The position numbers were made by a program, and so were the translations under genes. From Gemmatales bacterium (lineage in GTDB: Bacteria > Planctomycetota > Planctomycetia > Gemmatales > HRBIN36), in contig JBEPZY010000003.1 in the NCBI GenBank assembly GCA_041640595.1, positions 148,773 through 212,772 of the forward strand: 64,000 nt of DNA. The letters run 5' to 3'. Under the pieces are notes generated by a model, which saw only the letters and a list, made by a program, of their open reading frames with translations, did not search any database and had not been told where the DNA came from. Shown in pieces: positions 60,739 through 64,000 of this stretch. The first letter of the stretch is position 1, and each line of letters starts with the position of its first letter.

Positions 60739-61992
60739 ATGCGTGAGCAAACTTGCAAGCAAAATGCCAGCTCGCCACAAATGTCGCGCTCAGATGGCGA
60801 CATCGTAATGGCACGCCTGACACCAGCCGGAACCGCTGCTATCGGAGTAATCGGTCTGGCAGGACACGGGGCTGTCGCACTGATAGCATCGTGCATCCGT
60901 ACCGCTGGTCAGAAGCACCCCTTGCGTGTCCCTAACACTAAGCTTGGCGAGCGACATGGACCCGCGGGCTCTTCTGTGCAGAAAACCGTGTTCGTCGGAT
61001 GGTTCGATGACGGCAGGCAGTCCGATCAAATTGTAGTTGTGGTTCAATCCGGCTATGATCGCGAAATCGTCGAAATCCACTGTCACGGTGGCCCGGCCGT
61101 CATAGACTGGATTATGCAGGTACTCGAAACTAAAGGAGCCAGGCGAGTTGAGGTTCGTGACTGGTTGCGGCTAACTATACCGAATCCGATTAAGCGATCC
61201 GTCCTGGCGAGATTAGGACACGCGGCTACACTCAAGACCGCGGCGATATTACTCGATCAATTCCACGGCGCATGGGAACGTTGCGTCAGGCAAATCCAGG
61301 TACTGCTAGCCGAAAACCGCTGGTCGGAACTAACAGCACTGGTGGCTCGCCTGCGAGGCCTGATACCAGTTGGTAAACATCTATGCCGACCGTTTCTTAT
61401 CGCACTCGCGGGAGCCCCGAACAGTGGGAAGAGCACCCTATTGAATGCTTTATTAGGATATACGCGAGCTATTACTTCGCCACAACCGGGCACGACTCGG
61501 GACGTTGTTACTGCCGAAACAGCATTTAACGGCTGGCCTGTTTGTCTCCTTGACACTGCCGGCTTTCGAGATACCCCCGATCCTCTCGAAGCTGCGGGCA
61601 TCGCAAAAGCAGTGCAAACCTGGAAACAGGCAGACTTAGTGCTTTGGCTCCTGGATGTTTCCGCACCACCGATCCTGCCACCGGCCGAGCTCACTAATTG
61701 TTTATTCGTGCTTAGCAAAATAGATTTGCAACCAGCCTGGCAGGCGGACGACGTTCTGTCCGACCGCAGGGATTATATCGCAGTTTCTGCGAAAACAGGA
61801 GCCGGCCTGGAGGAGCTTATGTGTACCATACTTCACAAACTGTTGCCACAGGTCCCTGAGCCGGGAGAAGCCGTTCCGTTTACCGATGCGCTCTGCGCTA
61901 AGATCGAAAACTTGCATGAAGCTGCGGGTAGGTGTGACTGGGAACAGGTTAGCGTGTTAGCTTCACAATTGCATGACCCGGACCCGGATTGA
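60739..61992 (+). CDS. MnmE/TrmE-like GTPase, short paralog (start uncertain)
   Basis: TPAGTAAIGVI, EIHCHGG, GAPNSGKSTL, GTTRD, DTAG and SKID motifs; lacks the C-terminal FCxGK. Confidence 0.8.
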   Translation: MREQTCKQNASSPQMSRSDGDIVMARLTPAGTAAIGVIGLAGHGAVALIASCIRTAGQKHPLRVPNTKLGERHGPAGSSVQKTVFVGWFDDGRQSDQIVVVVQSGYDREIVEIHCHGGPAVIDWIMQVLETKGARRVEVRDWLRLTIPNPIKRSVLARLGHAATLKTAAILLDQFHGAWERCVRQIQVLLAENRWSELTALVARLRGLIPVGKHLCRPFLIALAGAPNSGKSTLLNALLGYTRAITSPQPGTTRDVVTAETAFNGWPVCLLDTAGFRDTPDPLEAAGIAKAVQTWKQADLVLWLLDVSAPPILPPAELTNCLFVLSKIDLQPAWQADDVLSDRRDYIAVSAKTGAGLEELMCTILHKLLPQVPEPGEAVPFTDALCAKIENLHEAAGRCDWEQVSVLASQLHDPDPD

Positions 61993-62061
61993 TAAACACA
62001 TCATCCCTCGAACGACCAGCTTTCGGACACACTTGCATGTTAGACAGGCTTAGCAAGCCGA

Positions 62062-62769
62062 TTATGTTCTCACCATACGAAGAGCGCGATGCAATACGTC
62101 CAGGAACATCTCCTTGGTAAGCTTGCCGGTGAATGTGTTTTGTTGACTGGGGTGATAAGAGGCAACAAGACTATATGGTCCAACCTGTGCGGTGTTGCCA
62201 TGCCCGAACTGCGGGAAAGGTCGCATCGCATGTCCTAACTGTGCCAGCGCTCGCAATATACCCTGCCATGCAAACGCGCCCAGGCAAAGTATCACCTCGA
62301 CTTTATTAAGCAGTGCGAGCTCCTCGACTAAATAGGATAAGCAGCGATCGCGTTCCTCGGGCAAAGGGCGATTCTGAGGCGGAGCACAGCGCACCACCGC
62401 AGTGATATAACATTTGCGAAGTTCTAAGCCATCGCCTGGCCCTACGGAAACCGGTTGATTAGCCAGACCCGCTTCGTACAGACAGGAAAACAGGAAATCG
62501 CCAGAACGATCGCCAGTAAAAACTCGACCGGTGCGATTCCCGCCATGGGCTGCAGGGGCCAGACCGCAGATAAGTAATCGAGCGTCTAAGTCGCCGAATC
62601 CGGGCACCGGTTTTGCCCAGTAGGTTTGTCCTTGAAACATCCGGCGTGGCTGTTGGGCCACTTGTTCCCGCCAGGCAACCAGGCGTGGACACGCGCGACA
62701 TTGCGTTATCCGTTTACACAGCGCTTGCCAGTTCGACAGCCTCTGAGCCATGTCTCTTGGTGCCGTCAC
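62062..62769 (-). CDS. uracil-DNA glycosylase family 5 (Fe-S)
   Basis: CRACPRL, GLAPAAHGGNRTGRVFTGD and YHPSQQN motifs. Confidence 0.93.
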   Translation of the reverse strand: MTAPRDMAQRLSNWQALCKRITQCRACPRLVAWREQVAQQPRRMFQGQTYWAKPVPGFGDLDARLLICGLAPAAHGGNRTGRVFTGDRSGDFLFSCLYEAGLANQPVSVGPGDGLELRKCYITAVVRCAPPQNRPLPEERDRCLSYLVEELALLNKVEVILCLGAFAWQGILRALAQLGHAMRPFPQFGHGNTAQVGPYSLVASYHPSQQNTFTGKLTKEMFLDVLHRALRMVRT

Positions 62770-64000
62770 TTATACCTCGGAATCCCGATGTGATCCACTT
62801 ATACCAGGAGAGGCATCCTGCCAGTTAGTCTCGCAATGGGCTAGAGGAGTAGCGCCCTTGATGTGATTGCGCAAAGGTTCCTCTAAGTGCCAGAGTCGCC
62901 AGGCTACGTAAAGGCTCCATAGGTTAAGCAGCGTGGGCACCAGGAAAATATAAACACCTATCCACTGGAATAGTGCGAGTCCTAATAGGGGCATGACTAA
63001 TCCACGCGTACCTTGAAAAACTGAAGAGATGCTCTCGTACAAAGCGGCCCGCTCTCTCCGAAGAGCAAAGTACAGGTTCCCGGTAGTTTGGGCTACCTCC
63101 GAAGCACCAAGAACTATGCCCCGCAGAATAGCACCTGCCCAGGCCAGCATGAGCCATTTTTGCCAGAAACTCAGAAAGAGCGCGAAATAAGCAAAAATAC
63201 CCATCCAGGCAAAAACTACCCGCCCGGCTACAGGCGAGGTACGGTCTATTAGTGCGCCCCACCAGGGAGCTGTCAATGCCCCTAACAATACCGGTAATAC
63301 CTGCACTAGTAACGTCATGTGCACCTGACTTAGTGCGAAAGTTCGATCCAGGAGGTATATCCAAATAGATCGGCTCATCAGGAAACCAGCACCCGTCAGA
63401 AAAATTGTCGCCTGAAACAACCGAAATAAATCATCACGCCGTAGCACTTCGACAATATTTCGTGGCGTGGGCAGCTCACTATATAGTGCTCGGTCCTCCG
63501 GCCGATCGTCAGGGATTTCCAGTCGTTGGTAGAAGAAAAGGCCGATGATACCAATTACGCCAGAGATGGGATAAATAATTGCGTAAAGGTCGGCTTGAAT
63601 ATCCATAAGCCCGGCAGCAATGAGCATAGCGGGTACGGTAACGCTATTCTGTACCAATCGTAGCAGCCCCATGATCCTGCCGCGATGTGTATCAGGATAG
63701 GTATATTTATAGAGGGCAGACACTGCCAAGTTCACCGGCGTTGAAAGGAAGTAGTAGAGAACCATAAGTGCGGTAAACGCCCAGGCATGAGATACCCAGC
63801 TCAGTGCTAAGAATGGAATGCTCCGCAGAATTCCGGAAATCACAACCATCTGTTGCAAGCGAATGCGCCGGGCCCAGGCTGCCCAGAGTGGCTGTAGTAG
63901 TGAGCAGGCAGGCATAGCTGCAACAATTACCGTCACGTGAGTCGCGTTGCCGGACAGGCTACGAACAACCACTAACTGAGAAAGTAAGGCAAGACCGGAT
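62770..64000 (-). CDS. MFS-type transporter, 5' end outside the window
   Basis: Multiple TM helices, YPDTHRGRIMG and WWGALIDR loops; the frame is open to the window edge. Confidence 0.8.
   Translation of the reverse strand, partial: SGLALLSQLVVVRSLSGNATHVTVIVAAMPACSLLQPLWAAWARRIRLQQMVVISGILRSIPFLALSWVSHAWAFTALMVLYYFLSTPVNLAVSALYKYTYPDTHRGRIMGLLRLVQNSVTVPAMLIAAGLMDIQADLYAIIYPISGVIGIIGLFFYQRLEIPDDRPEDRALYSELPTPRNIVEVLRRDDLFRLFQATIFLTGAGFLMSRSIWIYLLDRTFALSQVHMTLLVQVLPVLLGALTAPWWGALIDRTSPVAGRVVFAWMGIFAYFALFLSFWQKWLMLAWAGAILRGIVLGASEVAQTTGNLYFALRRERAALYESISSVFQGTRGLVMPLLGLALFQWIGVYIFLVPTLLNLWSLYVAWRLWHLEEPLRNHIKGATPLAHCETNWQDASPGISGSHRDSEV

Overview
Chromosomal window from a flagellated planctomycete, probably Gemmatales-like. 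The basis is DUF1501, TIGR03000 domains, a C1-transfer fwdA/fhcA gene, a kinase-WD40 protein and a DnaA with no adjacent dnaN. It starts with about 2.2 kb of REP/BIME-like hairpin mosaic and a 66-bp tandem repeat. Next come an aldehyde:ferredoxin oxidoreductase, a Ser/Thr kinase, dnaA, lptB, a TIGR03032 gene and a triple-GT41 glycosyltransferase. Further on are a flgM-fliC-fliD-fliS cluster, fwdA/fhcA, signalling and transport genes, and aroF-obgE-coaX-mnmE-like genes. The strongest items missed by the ORF track are: (1) a roughly 1-kb ORF-poor, densely base-paired region at about 53.76-54.81 kb that looks like a large structured ncRNA; (2) a hidden TlpA-like selenoprotein (in-frame UGA in a UxxC motif plus a SECIS-like hairpin) coupled to a molybdo-oxidoreductase; (3) a cas-less CRISPR-like mini-array downstream of dnaA; (4) several intergenic repeat-spacer-repeat units. 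All calls come from reading the sequence; no database searches were run.
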